Counted from the stretch's first letter, positions 1-11,339 are shown. The stretch is DNA of 64,000 nt from Veillonella sp. (GCF_015058545.1 NZ_SVCB01000073.1:2494-66493), one strand, 5' to 3'. Program-made: numbers and translations. Notes: generated from the sequence alone by a model not told the origin.

Positions 1-83
1 TAGTCATTACGTGTTAAACCTAATTTTTCAGCCGCTTGATCAAGAGTGTTAAGCATGTTTTCGTAGGGATTATAATTTGCCAT
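1..83 (-). CDS. N-terminus of a Glu/Leu/Phe/Val (glutamate) dehydrogenase, partial; runs off window
   Basis: Manual translation MANYNPYENMLNTLDQAAEKLGLTRND after RBS AAGGAG; resembles GDH N-termini. Confidence 0.6.
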   Translation of the reverse strand, partial: MANYNPYENMLNTLDQAAEKLGLTRND

Positions 84-251
84 AATTATCGTGTCTCCTT
101 TTGCGCATACACTATAAAATCAAAAGTTCAACATATCTAATCCATGTCTTGTATACACTATACCACAGCGACGCCATAATAACTATTTATTTTTCATGAG
201 AGGCATTTTTACCATGACTTGCACGCATGATTTATGAAGGTAAGCAAATAA

Positions 252-285
252 AAGAGTCCGCCTTGATTTTTCAAAGCGAACTCTT
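252..285. terminator. Intrinsic terminator-like hairpin downstream of exoA
   Basis: AAGAGTCCGCCTTGA...TCAAAGCGAACTCTT imperfect stem, giving a U-rich tail on the minus strand. Confidence 0.55.
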
Positions 286-405
286 ACTATTTTTATGCAT
301 ATATGACAATTCAATATAGATAAAATTCCATAAATAGCCTTCTTTTTGGCCATTCTATAGAGTATAAATCAAAAATCTCTGTCAAAAACTATACTTCGAC
401 GGTGA

Positions 406-1161
406 TTAAAGGTTAATTTCCAATTCAACCGGGCAATGATCGCTACCGAAAATATCCGGATGGATTTTAGCTTCCACGATGTCGTTATCGAGGCGAGCCG
501 ACGTAATGAAGTAGTCAATTCTCCACCCTACGTTCCTATCGCGCGCTTTGCCCATATAGGACCACCAGCTGTATGCATCGGTTACATCCGGATAGAGCTT
601 ACGGAAGGTATCGGTAAAGCCGGCGCCCAATAATTCCGTCATTTTTTCACGCTCTTCGTCGGTAAAACCGGCGTTTTTACGGTTTGTCTTCGGATTTTTC
701 AAGTCGATTTCCTGATGGGCCACGTTAAGGTCACCACAGAGAATGACCGGCTTCTTCGCATCCAATTCCAATAAATACGCGCGGAACGCATCTTCCCAAG
801 TCATGCGGTATTCCAAGCGCGCCAATTCACGTTGGCTGTTCGGCGTGTAGCATGTTACAAGGTAAAATTTATCATATTCCGCCGTAATAACACGGCCTTC
901 CTGGTCGTGTTCTTCAATGCCGATACCGTACGTCACATTAAGCGGTTTAATGCGGGTGAAAATAGCCGTACCGCTGTACCCTTTTTTCACCGCACTGTTC
1001 CAATATTGCTCATAGCCCGGTAATTCCAATTCAATCTGGTGCGGTTGCAGTTTAGTTTCCTGCAAACAAAACATATCCGCATCAAGTTTTTCAAAACTTT
1101 CCATAAAACCTTTAGTTACCGCGGCGCGCAGGCCGTTAACATTCCAAGAAATTAATTTCAT
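406..1161 (-). CDS. exoA: Exodeoxyribonuclease III / AP endonuclease
   Basis: SWNVNGLRA, LQETK, GDLNVAH, WRIDYF and GSDHCPV motifs. Confidence 0.95.
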   Translation of the reverse strand: MKLISWNVNGLRAAVTKGFMESFEKLDADMFCLQETKLQPHQIELELPGYEQYWNSAVKKGYSGTAIFTRIKPLNVTYGIGIEEHDQEGRVITAEYDKFYLVTCYTPNSQRELARLEYRMTWEDAFRAYLLELDAKKPVILCGDLNVAHQEIDLKNPKTNRKNAGFTDEEREKMTELLGAGFTDTFRKLYPDVTDAYSWWSYMGKARDRNVGWRIDYFITSARLDNDIVEAKIHPDIFGSDHCPVELEINL

Positions 1162-1243
1162 CAAAGACTCCTTTCATAAGAAGCTGAGAGCTTCCTTAAT
1201 AAGCATCCTGTAAGTACAGACTTTAGCTTATTCTTAACATCTA

Positions 1244-1540
1244 TCATTTAACTTTATGTTCAACATCAACCGTATTTTCTGTATTCGAATCAACTGTTTC
1301 GCCCCGTGCAGCCGCTGCTTTGGCTGCTTCGGCCGCTTCTTTAGCTTCAATTTCCGCCTCTTTACGGGCAAAATAAGCTTCCAATTTAGCCTTGCGCGCC
1401 TTACGAGTCACTTCGAAAGCAAGGGAGAATAACAATAATACAACGGCAATTATATTCGTTGTAGTAAATCCGTGAGTATAAATGTGATACAAAATATAGA
1501 GAAATGCAATTATCAATAAAGCTCGCTGTAGTCCTACCAT
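1244..1540 (-). CDS. Small membrane protein (2 TM helices plus charged tail)
   Basis: ORF with AAGGAG RBS and two hydrophobic helices. Confidence 0.7.
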   Translation of the reverse strand: MVGLQRALLIIAFLYILYHIYTHGFTTTNIIAVVLLLFSLAFEVTRKARKAKLEAYFARKEAEIEAKEAAEAAKAAAARGETVDSNTENTVDVEHKVK

Positions 1541-1587
1541 GACTAGCTCCTTTCATCGCCCCAAGCGGGATTAATCTATTAATACCT

Positions 1588-1658
1588 AAGTTTGCAACAT
1601 TAAAGTTTTCAACAGTAAAGTTTCACCCTTTAATGTTTTAGCCCTTAAGTTTTCAAAT
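1588..1658. repeat. Degenerate ~14-15 bp tandem repeat (AAGTTT.CA.C.TTA) x5
   Basis: aagtttgcaacatta/aagttttcaacagta/aagtttcaccctta/atgttttagccctt/aagttttcaaatta, abutting the stop of the next gene. Confidence 0.6.
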
Positions 1659-2296
1659 TAATCTTTCGCATACGGGGTTATAACCAACTCACCATGCACG
1701 AGCTCGGCCATATATATATCCGACGGTTGATAGCCTTGCTCTGCTACGCTTGTTTCCAACCATTCTCTATCTTTTTCTACCAAGGATAATACTCTTTCAT
1801 CCACCTGGCCATCCGCAATCAGCGGATAGTGTACTGAATCTTCCCCAAACTTAACTACCGTCAATTGGCCGTTTTGTTCCAAAACAGCCCATTTCACTTC
1901 CCCTACGCGCGTTACCCCGTTGGCGCGCAGTTTTAAATGTAAGTCACCGGCACTGATGCCGTTGCGCATACATTCTTCTATTTGAATTTTACCATAATCC
2001 ACCACAATTGTGGGACTGCCGTCAATAATTCGTTTCACATGACGATTGTAGGCCGATAAAAAACGCAGCCCCATAACAACGATAGTCCAGCCGGTGAGCA
2101 CCAGCAAAAATTGCAGCACCCCGATGGCCTCATTATAAATAACACCCCCGATAATACCGCCCAATACATAGTTTTGTACCTGATCGATGGCTGAGTTCGG
2201 CGCCAAATTGCCCTTGCCCATCAAATTGATTTGCAGTACCAAACATAATATGCCCAGCACCAGCTTTATCATAATCAACGTATAACCCGTTATCAT
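1658..2296 (-). CDS. DUF421 (YetF-like) membrane protein
   Basis: DQVQNYVLGGIIGG and AVLEQNGQL motifs. Confidence 0.85.
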   Translation of the reverse strand: MITGYTLIMIKLVLGILCLVLQINLMGKGNLAPNSAIDQVQNYVLGGIIGGVIYNEAIGVLQFLLVLTGWTIVVMGLRFLSAYNRHVKRIIDGSPTIVVDYGKIQIEECMRNGISAGDLHLKLRANGVTRVGEVKWAVLEQNGQLTVVKFGEDSVHYPLIADGQVDERVLSLVEKDREWLETSVAEQGYQPSDIYMAELVHGELVITPYAKD

Positions 2297-2304
2297 GCTC
2301 TATG

Positions 2305-2760
2305 CTACTCCTTCGCTATATCAATCACTTTAATTTGCGTTTCTACTACATGAACTTGTGTCAACGAGTAGGCGCCATAGCCTTTGGTAAAATGGGCCCG
2401 ATAAAAGCGGTTGTCCGCATTAACTATAACATCGTCATCAAGACGCGTGGAATTCACCTTCACGTTTTCTTTATTCGTTCCCAACCGCTCCGAAACGGAT
2501 ACGATAAAGCTGGCCATACGGCTGCTTTCTTCCGAGTTTCGCATAGATGAGTCATATTCACTCCAACGAATCCCCAGAATAAACACGATTAACAGGGATA
2601 ATAAGATTGTCAAGTCGCGGTAGCGGCTGTTCAAGCGGTGACGCATGAATAAAATGCTGACCCCCAACAGCGCCACCAACAGCAGGAAGGATACACCATA
2701 TTGTAACAGCGCATTAAACTGCCCTTGTTGCACGATATAAGCATAAGTATAGAAATTCAA
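2305..2760 (-). CDS. DUF3290 family membrane protein
   Basis: MNFYTY start, RYRDL motif; usual partner of DUF421. Confidence 0.8.
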   Translation of the reverse strand: MNFYTYAYIVQQGQFNALLQYGVSFLLLVALLGVSILFMRHRLNSRYRDLTILLSLLIVFILGIRWSEYDSSMRNSEESSRMASFIVSVSERLGTNKENVKVNSTRLDDDVIVNADNRFYRAHFTKGYGAYSLTQVHVVETQIKVIDIAKE

Positions 2761-2775
2761 ACGTTCTCACCTCGA

Positions 2776-3366
2776 CTACATTAATGATTCATCATAAACG
2801 GCTCTGCCCCCGCCGATATATTTAGGGCGCACGCGAGCCGCCGTAACATGGGCTTCACCAATAGCTTTAACGGCTAAGCGAACCGGCACGGCTACGCGTT
2901 TTAAATGCATGCCGATAAAGGTATCGCCAATATCAATGCCCGCATCAGCCTCTATGGCTTCTACCACGACCGGTTCTGAAAAATGCTTGTACGCCGCCAT
3001 TGACGCCGCCCCGCCGGCATGAAGTTGCGGTACGGCATTGCAAATCGGCCAATTATGTTTGACCGCCACGGACTTCTCTACTACCAAGGCTCGATTCAAA
3101 TGTTCACAGCATTGTACGGCCAACGCGATATTTAGTAGCTCTAATACGGCCGTAGCAGCCTCAATAATTGTCTCCCCAACTTCGGTGGCCGAATCGGTAC
3201 CGATGCGACTGCCGCGCACTTCACTGGTGGAACAACCGATAACAAACACATCACCGGCTTCCAGCTTGGCAACGGTCACCAATTCCTTCACCGCCGCTGT
3301 CACCGCGTCACCGATAGGCCCCAGCAATTGTGCTTCATCTACCGAGGTTAATTCATCCTTTGCCAT
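2776..3366 (-). CDS. TIGR01440/DUF436 (YwlG-like) protein
   Basis: GCSTSEV, QCCEHLNRALVVE and DIGDTFIGMHLK motifs. Confidence 0.9.
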   Translation of the reverse strand: MAKDELTSVDEAQLLGPIGDAVTAAVKELVTVAKLEAGDVFVIGCSTSEVRGSRIGTDSATEVGETIIEAATAVLELLNIALAVQCCEHLNRALVVEKSVAVKHNWPICNAVPQLHAGGAASMAAYKHFSEPVVVEAIEADAGIDIGDTFIGMHLKRVAVPVRLAVKAIGEAHVTAARVRPKYIGGGRAVYDESLM

Positions 3367-5579
3367 TATACCCCTTCTTTCTGTGCGGACTCTTTTAACA
3401 CATACGCATAAGCCCGCTTATAACCGGTTTCATCCGCTTCAATGTAAACGCCTTGAAGTTCCGGTGCAAAGCCCGGCAATTCATTAATACCTTCTTCGAG
3501 GGCTACGAAATAATCGCGTGCCGGTTCCGACCAAAGTTCGCCCGGTTGCACACAAATTACGCCCGGCGGATACGGCAAGGCCCCTTCTAAAGCCATTCGT
3601 CCCACGCAATCAGCAATAGGAATCAATTCCCCTTCACCGCGGACAAAATCAATATTGGCCGCCTGCGGTGTTTTCACATAGGTCGGGAAATACTCCCGTT
3701 TAAATAATTGCTGTTGCAACTCGCTCACCTGACGATTTTTATAAAAATCATGCATTTCCTGACAGAGCTGACGAATCGTATAACCGCGATAGCGATCAAT
3801 ATTCTGAGCAAACACGCTTGGGAGCACATCTTGGAGCGGCGCATCTTCTTCGATTAATTGCTCAAAGCGCAATAATTTAGCGATGAGGGCATCCATTTTC
3901 GTAAAGGACTCCGCCGGTGTGAGCAGGAATAAAATTGTGTTCAAGTCACATTTCTCCGGCACAACCTGATGTTCACGCAGGTAATTGGCTAAAATAGTAG
4001 CCGGGATACCGAAGTCTTCGTATTCACCGGTTTCCATATCGATGCCCGGTGTTATGAGCTGGAATTTGCAAGGATCAATAAAATATTGACCTTCTCCATA
4101 ACCACTGAAGGAATGCCATTTAGCATCCGGTTCAAAAGCAAAGTAGGATACATCGTCGGCCATAACTTCTGTTTCACCGTCTTCCCACGCTTTGCCGTGA
4201 ACCATCGGCGGCACGAGGGGCCGTAAATATTTACAATTGCGAAGCACCGTTTTGCGCGCTTCAATGCCTACTGTGACACAATCACGCCAGAGAGCCCTGC
4301 CGCCTTCGCCGGCATGAATTTTAGCATTCACGTCGAGAGCCGCAAAGAGCGGATAGAACGGTGACGTAGAGGCATGCATCATAAAGGCGTTGTTAAAACG
4401 CTTCTGATTCACATAACGGGCTTGCCCACGGATATGCGAATCCTTCTTGTGGATTTGCGATGTTTGTGAAAAACCCGCCATTTGTTTGTGCACCGACTGG
4501 GTTACCAAAATCCCCGGATCGTCCGGCCCCAATTCCAACAAGAGAGGCGAGCAATCTTTCATCATCGGAATAAATTGTTCATAGCCTACCCAAGCGGAAT
4601 CGAAGAGGATGTAATCGCATAAGTGCCCGATTTTATCGACCACCTGGCGGGCGTTATAAATCGTCCCGTCATAGGTACCGAGCTGAATTACGGCTAAGCG
4701 AATCGGACGCTGCGCTTTGGCTTTTTCAGGATCACGCTCCGCAATGCGCTGCCGAAGTTCTTTTTCATCAAAACAAGCTTCCGGAATGCCGCCGATGGAG
4801 CCGAACGGATTGCGAGCCGTTTCCAAATACACCGGAATGGCACCGGCCTGCACCAAAGCACCGTGGGACACGGATTTATGATTATTGCGATCGTAAAGCA
4901 CGATGTCACCGGGCGCCAACAAGGCATTCAAAACCACTTTATTGGAAGATGATGTACCATTGAGTACGAAGTACGTTTTGTCCGCATTAAATACTTGCGC
5001 CGCATGTTCCTGGGCCTCTAAGGCATAACCCTCATGAATCAATAAATCGCCTAATTGCACATCCGCATTACATAAATCACTGCGGAAAATGTGTTCCCCG
5101 AAGTAATCGTAAAAAGCCCGTCCCGCCGGATGTTTGCGGAAAAATTGACCACCTTGATGGCCCGGACAGTCAAATTGGGAATTGCCCATTTCCACATAAC
5201 GGCGTAAGGAGCGGAAAAACGGCGGCAGCGAACGATGCTCATAGTTTTGAACGGCCGTTTCCAAGCGGCGTATGTAAAACTCACGATCCGACGGCTCATT
5301 ATCGAGCACCGCATAGGCATCGCGCAGCACCGTATCTTCCGCCTGCGACACTTGGTTTGGGCTAAGCCCTTCCATACCGGTCCCGGTGCGCACTACGAAA
5401 ACGGGAATATCAAAGACTTTAACGGGCGTACTTTTTAATATATCTATTTCACAGTCACAAACGAGGACTGCTCCCACATCGGTAAAATCGGTTTGATTCG
5501 GCCGAATAACGTTGCGTTTCGTCAATATGCCGACTACTGCTTCCGCCTGCTCTGATACTACTACTTTTAACCCGGTCAT
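3366..5579 (-). CDS. Ornithine decarboxylase (fold-type I, SpeC/SpeF-like)
   Basis: CPGHQGG, DRNNHKS and TQSVHKQ (PLP lysine) motifs, PYPPG. Confidence 0.9.
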   Translation of the reverse strand: MTGLKVVVSEQAEAVVGILTKRNVIRPNQTDFTDVGAVLVCDCEIDILKSTPVKVFDIPVFVVRTGTGMEGLSPNQVSQAEDTVLRDAYAVLDNEPSDREFYIRRLETAVQNYEHRSLPPFFRSLRRYVEMGNSQFDCPGHQGGQFFRKHPAGRAFYDYFGEHIFRSDLCNADVQLGDLLIHEGYALEAQEHAAQVFNADKTYFVLNGTSSSNKVVLNALLAPGDIVLYDRNNHKSVSHGALVQAGAIPVYLETARNPFGSIGGIPEACFDEKELRQRIAERDPEKAKAQRPIRLAVIQLGTYDGTIYNARQVVDKIGHLCDYILFDSAWVGYEQFIPMMKDCSPLLLELGPDDPGILVTQSVHKQMAGFSQTSQIHKKDSHIRGQARYVNQKRFNNAFMMHASTSPFYPLFAALDVNAKIHAGEGGRALWRDCVTVGIEARKTVLRNCKYLRPLVPPMVHGKAWEDGETEVMADDVSYFAFEPDAKWHSFSGYGEGQYFIDPCKFQLITPGIDMETGEYEDFGIPATILANYLREHQVVPEKCDLNTILFLLTPAESFTKMDALIAKLLRFEQLIEEDAPLQDVLPSVFAQNIDRYRGYTIRQLCQEMHDFYKNRQVSELQQQLFKREYFPTYVKTPQAANIDFVRGEGELIPIADCVGRMALEGALPYPPGVICVQPGELWSEPARDYFVALEEGINELPGFAPELQGVYIEADETGYKRAYAYVLKESAQKEGV

Positions 5580-5761
5580 ACAAAACCTCCTTTATCGCTA
5601 TTACCTTATAAATATTTTTTAAAAAGCTTATATTCAAAAAACTCTTACTATTTATTATACCCTATTTTTCTCGAATCGGTATATTTAATGGTAGAAACAA
5701 ATCAACAAAAAGAGTATCATAGTATTAACGATTACTGAAACTAAAGAAAGGATTTCATTTT

Positions 5762-7210
5762 ATGAATAGCATCATCGAAAACGGCCTGATTTGTACCTCC
5801 ACAGAGCATTTCAAAGGCGATATTGTTATTACGGATGGCAAAATTAGTGCTATTACGGGGCCTAAAGAGGCGCGGCAACTTATTGCTGCCTCCGCCTCCA
5901 CTGATTGGGGCACCGCATCAAACCAAGAGCGTACTACCGTAGCCTCCGATTATAAAATCATTGACGCCACCGACCACTATGTCGTACCCGGCGGCATCGA
6001 TCCGCATACCCATTTTGACCTGCAACAATCGCCGAAACACCGAGCGTGCGATGATTTTCTGCACGGCGGCATAGCAGCCGCTTGCGGCGGCACTACTACG
6101 ATTATCGATCACATGGCGTTCGGACCTACCGGTTGTACCTTGCATCATCAATTTGATATATATCGCCACTTAGCTAAAGATTGCCCCATTGACTACAGTT
6201 TTCACGGCGTGTTCCAGCATGTGGACGCCTCTATCTTAGACGAAGCGAAGAACCTCGTCCAAAAAGAGGGCTTTCCGTCCTTTAAGGCCTATACCACGTA
6301 CGGTGCGCCCATGCATGAACCGGAACTCTTTGCCTTGTTGGAGCGTTTAAAGGAATGCGGTGGTCTTTTGACCGTCCATGCGGAAGACGACACGGTAACC
6401 AACCTGCTGCGCAATCGCTTAACCAAAGAAGAACTGGTACCTATAGGCCACGCCCTAACACGGCCAAACGCAGCCGAATCAATGAGCGTCAATACGGTTA
6501 TCAGCCTTGCTCATGTAGCCGGTGATGCGCCGGTCTATCTGGTGCATATGTCAGCGCATGAAAGTTTGAACGAAATCCGCCTGGCCCGCCAAGAAGGACA
6601 AACGAATATTTTTGCGGAAACTTGCCCACAGTATCTCTTCTTAACAGATGATAAATTTAAAGACGGCGGACCGCTGGAAGGCATTAAGTACATGCTGGCC
6701 CCACCACTACGGAAGAAAGAAGATCAAGACGCCCTGTGGCAAGGTCTCGAAGACGGCACAATTCAAGTGGTAGCCACCGACCATTGCCCATTTACCATCG
6801 AAGAAAAGCAAGCCTATGTGGATGATTTCAGGAATTGTCCCGGTGGCATCAGCGGCGTGGAAGAACGGATGCCACTCCTCTTTAGCGAAAGTGTTTTGAA
6901 AAAAAGACTCACCCCGGAACAATTCGTCCAGGTGACGGCCACTAACGCGGCGCGCATCTTCGGAATCCCAAACAAAGGGGATATTAAGGTCGGTTACGAT
7001 GCAGATCTAGTTCTCTTTAATCCCAACGAATCACGGACATTCCGTGCCGATAATTTGAAAACTACCTGCGGTTACTCCGCCTACGAAGGCATGACGGTCA
7101 ATGCCACGGTGGCCAAGGTATTCCTGCGCGGTGAACTCATCGCGGCGAACAATACATTCTGCGGTGAAAAAGGCTTTGGACGACTCATCGAGCGTCACAT
7201 TGAGAGATAG
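5762..7210 (+). CDS. hydA: Dihydropyrimidinase / D-hydantoinase
   Basis: PGGIDPHTH, GGTTTIID, VHAED and ATDHCPF motifs. Confidence 0.85.
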   Translation: MNSIIENGLICTSTEHFKGDIVITDGKISAITGPKEARQLIAASASTDWGTASNQERTTVASDYKIIDATDHYVVPGGIDPHTHFDLQQSPKHRACDDFLHGGIAAACGGTTTIIDHMAFGPTGCTLHHQFDIYRHLAKDCPIDYSFHGVFQHVDASILDEAKNLVQKEGFPSFKAYTTYGAPMHEPELFALLERLKECGGLLTVHAEDDTVTNLLRNRLTKEELVPIGHALTRPNAAESMSVNTVISLAHVAGDAPVYLVHMSAHESLNEIRLARQEGQTNIFAETCPQYLFLTDDKFKDGGPLEGIKYMLAPPLRKKEDQDALWQGLEDGTIQVVATDHCPFTIEEKQAYVDDFRNCPGGISGVEERMPLLFSESVLKKRLTPEQFVQVTATNAARIFGIPNKGDIKVGYDADLVLFNPNESRTFRADNLKTTCGYSAYEGMTVNATVAKVFLRGELIAANNTFCGEKGFGRLIERHIER

Positions 7211-7259
7211 ACCATCGGCTTATAGATAAACCATTAGCTTATAGATAAATCATTGGCTA
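7204..7259. repeat. 19-bp tandem repeat x3 starting at the hydA stop codon
   Basis: gatagaccatcggcttata / gataaaccattagcttata / gataaatcattggcta. Confidence 0.7.
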
Positions 7260-7317
7260 TCTGAATTTAACAAATGGTTATAGGCCTTATAGTCAAAATT
7301 AATTATCTTACACACAA

Positions 7318-7353
7318 AAGCCCTGTTGCGATTTCAACATCACAACAGGGCTT
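7318..7353. terminator. Bidirectional terminator between hydA and metQ
   Basis: AAGCCCTGTTG...CAACAGGGCTT stem between convergent genes. Confidence 0.75.
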
Positions 7354-7430
7354 ACTTTATGAGTATGGGCTAATTATCTCCCACAACAGTGCCGATTACT
7401 CTGGGATTAACCGGTACATGGAGTATTCAA

Positions 7431-8234
7431 TTATTCAGCCGGTTCAATGGTGCCTTTAAATTTATCGGCAATGAACTGCTTAATAGCCGCCGAGTGATAA
7501 ATGTCGGCGATTTTTTTATACGTAGGATTGTCTTTATCCTTTTCACGAGCCGCTAAGACCATGACTGCCAACGGTTCATTCTTAGGCTCTAAGAAAATCC
7601 CCTGTTTAGCTACATCAATACCGGCACTCATTACATAGTTCATCGGAATAGCGGCTACCGTTACATCAGCCAAGCTACGTGGCAATTGAGCTGCTTCCAA
7701 TTCTCTGATTTCCAAATTCTTAGGATTAGCTACGATATCCGCCGGCGTTGCTTTGAAGCCCACACCTTCTTTTAAGGTAATGAGGCCTGCTTTAGCCAAT
7801 AAAGCTAAGCCGCGACCACCGTTAGTCGGATCGTTTGGAATGGCCACAACGGCACCATCCGGAATTTCGTCAACGCTTTTCACCGTATTGCTGTATAAGC
7901 CCATGCGCATCAAAATCGTTTTACCGATAGATACTAAATTGGCATTATTATTTTTGTTAAAGTTTTCCATGAATGGTACGTGTTGGTAGCTATTTAAGTC
8001 CAAATCACCTTCCGCCAAGGCTTTATCCGGTGTTACATAATCGGAGAATTCCACCAATTTAACATTGATACCTTCTTTAGCTGCTTCTTTGGCCACCGCT
8101 TCCACAACTTCCGCATGCGGACCGGCGGTCGCACCGATTCGGATTTCTTTTGAATCGGAATCTGTACCGCAACCGGCAATACCGATTGCCAAAATACCCA
8201 CCAATACAGGTGCTAACCATTTTTTTAAATTCAT
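7431..8234 (-). CDS. metQ: MetQ/NlpA family ABC substrate-binding lipoprotein
   Basis: Lipobox IAGC; FSDYVTP, YQHVPF and PNDPTNGGRGL motifs. Confidence 0.9.
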   Translation of the reverse strand: MNLKKWLAPVLVGILAIGIAGCGTDSDSKEIRIGATAGPHAEVVEAVAKEAAKEGINVKLVEFSDYVTPDKALAEGDLDLNSYQHVPFMENFNKNNNANLVSIGKTILMRMGLYSNTVKSVDEIPDGAVVAIPNDPTNGGRGLALLAKAGLITLKEGVGFKATPADIVANPKNLEIRELEAAQLPRSLADVTVAAIPMNYVMSAGIDVAKQGIFLEPKNEPLAVMVLAAREKDKDNPTYKKIADIYHSAAIKQFIADKFKGTIEPAE

Positions 8235-8419
8235 TTGTAAGACCTCTCTCTCATTGACACTGCCCTATGGGCCCCTCAAAAATCCACTCAACGCAGCCCC
8301 GGTTTCTCAATCCGGATGCAAGTTTTATAACCCCAACATCGTTAAGCTTATTTATTATCCTATCACATACAGAGGAAATAAAAAAGACTTTCGTGTAAAA
8401 AATTTAGTACAAAATTATC

Positions 8420-8481
8420 TAAAACTGAATCGCCAAAACTTAATTACCTAAAACTTAATCACTAAAAACTGAATCGCCAAA
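8420..8481. repeat. Degenerate 14-15 bp tandem repeat (AAAACT.AATC.C) x4
   Basis: aaaactgaatcgcc/aaaacttaattacct/aaaacttaatcacta/aaaactgaatcgcc. Confidence 0.6.
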
Positions 8482-8517
8482 TACAACCGACAAGAAGACT
8501 ATAAAGCGTAAATACAA

Positions 8518-8555
8518 AAGAAGCCCCACGATAACGAATTATCGCGAGACTTCTT
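8518..8555 (-). terminator. Terminator after the amino acid permease
   Basis: AAGAAG.C.C.CGATAA...TTATCG.G.G.CTTCTT stem with adjacent A-run on the plus strand. Confidence 0.65.
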
Positions 8556-8570
8556 CACACGTCAACTATA

Positions 8571-10031
8571 TTATTTAATGGCCGTTACCGAACCTTCCGC
8601 TGCCGTATCCGCTTCAGCAGCCGGACCGCCGGCGCCGAGACCGTCTTCATGGACGAATTCTTCATGGACAACCGGGCGTTTGTTCATGCCGAGACCATAA
8701 TAGAACGCCGTAATAATGGCGATGAACAACCAACCTACTACTAAGGAAATACGAGTATCTTCATTCCAAATCATACCGATAGTAACGAGTACCAAGAACC
8801 CTAAACAGAAATAATTGGAATATGGATACAATGGCGATTTAAACGGATGTTGATCCATAATTTCCTTGCCCCAACGTGCTCTGAATTTGCGCTGTGCCCC
8901 GGCTAATACAAACCAGGATACCATGGCAGGGAAAACGCTGGCACTGTAAATATATAAGAACAATTTGGAGTCCGGAATTAAATAATTCAACACTACCCCG
9001 AATACTAAGGAAAGCATGGACACGTAAATGCCGTTGCGCGGTACGCCGGATTTAGATAATTTCGCAAACATTTTTGGCGCCTGGCCGTTTTTAGCCAACG
9101 TATATAACATACGACCGCAGCTATAAATACCACTGTTACAGCCCGATAAAGCAGCTGTCAAAACTACGAAGTTAATGATACCGGCTGCACTGGCAATCCC
9201 GACTTTAGAGAATGTCGTTACGAACGGACTGCCTACAAAACCCAATTCATTCCAAGGATAAATACAAAGAATAACAAAAATAGCACCAACATAGAAAATC
9301 AAGATACGCCAAACAATGCCTTTAACCGCTTTAACTAAGGTATGGCGCGGATTTTGCGCTTCACCGGCTGTAATGCCTACCAATTCAACCCCTTGGAAGG
9401 CTGCTGCTACAACACACATAGCTGCCAACATACCGCCGAAACCGTGCGGTGCAAAACCGCCATGTTCCCACAAGTTGGAGAACCCGATGGCTACACCACC
9501 ATTACCGAAACCAAATAAAATCATCATGGCCCCGATAACGAGCATGAATACGATGGTCCCTACTTTAATCAAAGCAAACCAGAACTCAAACTCGCCGTAG
9601 TATTTAACGGACGCAAGATTGGCTGCCACAATAATTGCCATAGCTACAAAGGCCGATACCCAGTGAGGCAGTTCAGGGAACCAATAACTCATGTAAATCC
9701 CCACCGCCGTTACTTCCGCAAGCCCTACGGATATCCACATAAACCAATAGCACCAAGCCGTTATATAGCCGATATACGGTGAAATATAGCGATAGCCATA
9801 GGCTGCAAATGAACCCGGTACCGGTTCCAAGTACAACATTTCACCCATAATACGCATAATTAAAAACATTACGACCCCGGATAAAGCATAACACAATAAT
9901 ACGGCCGGCCCGGCTGTTTGTATCGTGCTCGCAGAACCCATGAATAAGCCTACCCCAATCGTACCGCCCAGGGCGATCATTTCCACGTGACGGGGTTTTA
10001 AATTACGCTCTAAGTTTTTTCCCGATTCCAT
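8571..10031 (-). CDS. APC family amino acid permease (ProY/AroP-like)
   Basis: [28 protein letters not shown] and WRILIFY motifs. Confidence 0.9.
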   Translation of the reverse strand: MESGKNLERNLKPRHVEMIALGGTIGVGLFMGSASTIQTAGPAVLLCYALSGVVMFLIMRIMGEMLYLEPVPGSFAAYGYRYISPYIGYITAWCYWFMWISVGLAEVTAVGIYMSYWFPELPHWVSAFVAMAIIVAANLASVKYYGEFEFWFALIKVGTIVFMLVIGAMMILFGFGNGGVAIGFSNLWEHGGFAPHGFGGMLAAMCVVAAAFQGVELVGITAGEAQNPRHTLVKAVKGIVWRILIFYVGAIFVILCIYPWNELGFVGSPFVTTFSKVGIASAAGIINFVVLTAALSGCNSGIYSCGRMLYTLAKNGQAPKMFAKLSKSGVPRNGIYVSMLSLVFGVVLNYLIPDSKLFLYIYSASVFPAMVSWFVLAGAQRKFRARWGKEIMDQHPFKSPLYPYSNYFCLGFLVLVTIGMIWNEDTRISLVVGWLFIAIITAFYYGLGMNKRPVVHEEFVHEDGLGAGGPAAEADTAAEGSVTAIK

Positions 10032-10120
10032 ATTTTTACTCCTACTCTATGTGTTTAATCTGTTTCCTCTATATGTGTCATCTCCCTAAAAACACTCTCC
10101 CTTTAACGCATGGCTCTATA

Positions 10121-11335
10121 CTATCGCAAAATAGCCGGGAAGCCGTTTTCCGACAAGGTAGCCAAAAGGCTGGTAACATGTTTTTCATTCATGGTTTCAA
10201 TTTCCAGTGCTACATGCACATAACCGACTTCAATGTCGCGCTGACTGCGATCGTGATAAATACTCAAAATATTAGCATTACTGTCAGAGATTATGGTCGT
10301 AATTTTAGATAATACATGCGGTTTATCTTGTACCACAACATCAAAATAAGCACGGCGCCAAGTTTTTACAAGGCCGTTGTTGATGATGCGGTCAATCATG
10401 TTCACGTCAATATTACCGCCGCTTACTAAGGCAACTACGTTTTTGCCTTCAACGCCGGCAATTTTATGATTCATCAACGCTGCCACAGGACAAGCGCCGG
10501 CTCCTTCAGACGCGGTTTTCACGCGTTCTAAAAGGAACAAAATAGCTTCCGCAATTTCCGATTCACTAACGGTAACAATTTCATCCACATATTTTGACAC
10601 GATGTCAAACGTCAAAGTACCCGGTGTGCCTACGGTAATCCCGTCGGCCAAGCTCTTTAAAGCCGGTACGGTTGTAATTTTATGAAGTTCTACCGATTCT
10701 TTCATAGATGGCATGTTCTGTGTCTGCACACCGACAATGCGAATGCTCGGTTTTAATTCCTTAGCAGCCACAGCAATGCCGGAAATTAAACCGCCGCCAC
10801 CGATTGGTACCACGATAACATCCGTTTCCGGTAGTTTTTCAAGAATTTCCAAACCGATTGTACCTTGACCGGCAATAACCAACGGATCATCAAAAGGATG
10901 ACAGAAAGTATAGCCCTTTTCTTTTTGCAATTGACATGCTTTTTCATAACAATCGGCGTAAAAATCCCCGGCCAACACTACGTCCGCACCGTAACTTTTA
11001 GTCGCATCGATTTTAGCAATCGGTGCATTCGTCGGCATACAAATCGTTGCTTTACAGCCGTATTCTTTAGCGGCCAAAGCCACGCCTTGGGCGTGATTAC
11101 CGGCGGACGAAGCCACGATACCGCGAGCTCGTTCTTCCGGCGTCAACGACGCTACCTTATTATACGCACCGCGCAATTTGAACGAACCGGTACGCTGGAA
11201 GTTTTCCATTTTCAAATGGACTTCACAACCGCATTGTTCACTCAAAGAAGTAGAATGCATCATAGATGTTCGTTGTGCTACCCCTTTCAGATGTTCTTGC
11301 GCTTCCCTAATCATTTCCAGTGTTACTAATGCCAT
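10121..11335 (-). CDS. ilvA: Threonine ammonia-lyase with C-terminal ACT domain
   Basis: KMENFQRTGSFKLRGA, SAGNHAQG and SGGNID motifs; start placed after the GAGGAGG RBS. Confidence 0.9.
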   Translation of the reverse strand: MALVTLEMIREAQEHLKGVAQRTSMMHSTSLSEQCGCEVHLKMENFQRTGSFKLRGAYNKVASLTPEERARGIVASSAGNHAQGVALAAKEYGCKATICMPTNAPIAKIDATKSYGADVVLAGDFYADCYEKACQLQKEKGYTFCHPFDDPLVIAGQGTIGLEILEKLPETDVIVVPIGGGGLISGIAVAAKELKPSIRIVGVQTQNMPSMKESVELHKITTVPALKSLADGITVGTPGTLTFDIVSKYVDEIVTVSESEIAEAILFLLERVKTASEGAGACPVAALMNHKIAGVEGKNVVALVSGGNIDVNMIDRIINNGLVKTWRRAYFDVVVQDKPHVLSKITTIISDSNANILSIYHDRSQRDIEVGYVHVALEIETMNEKHVTSLLATLSENGFPAILR

Positions 11336-11339
11336 GCGT

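Noticed and set aside
8235..8360. SAM or T-box riboswitch upstream of metQ
   Set aside because: The leader has small hairpins, but SAM-I elements are not in the right order and there is no T-box UGGNACC motif.
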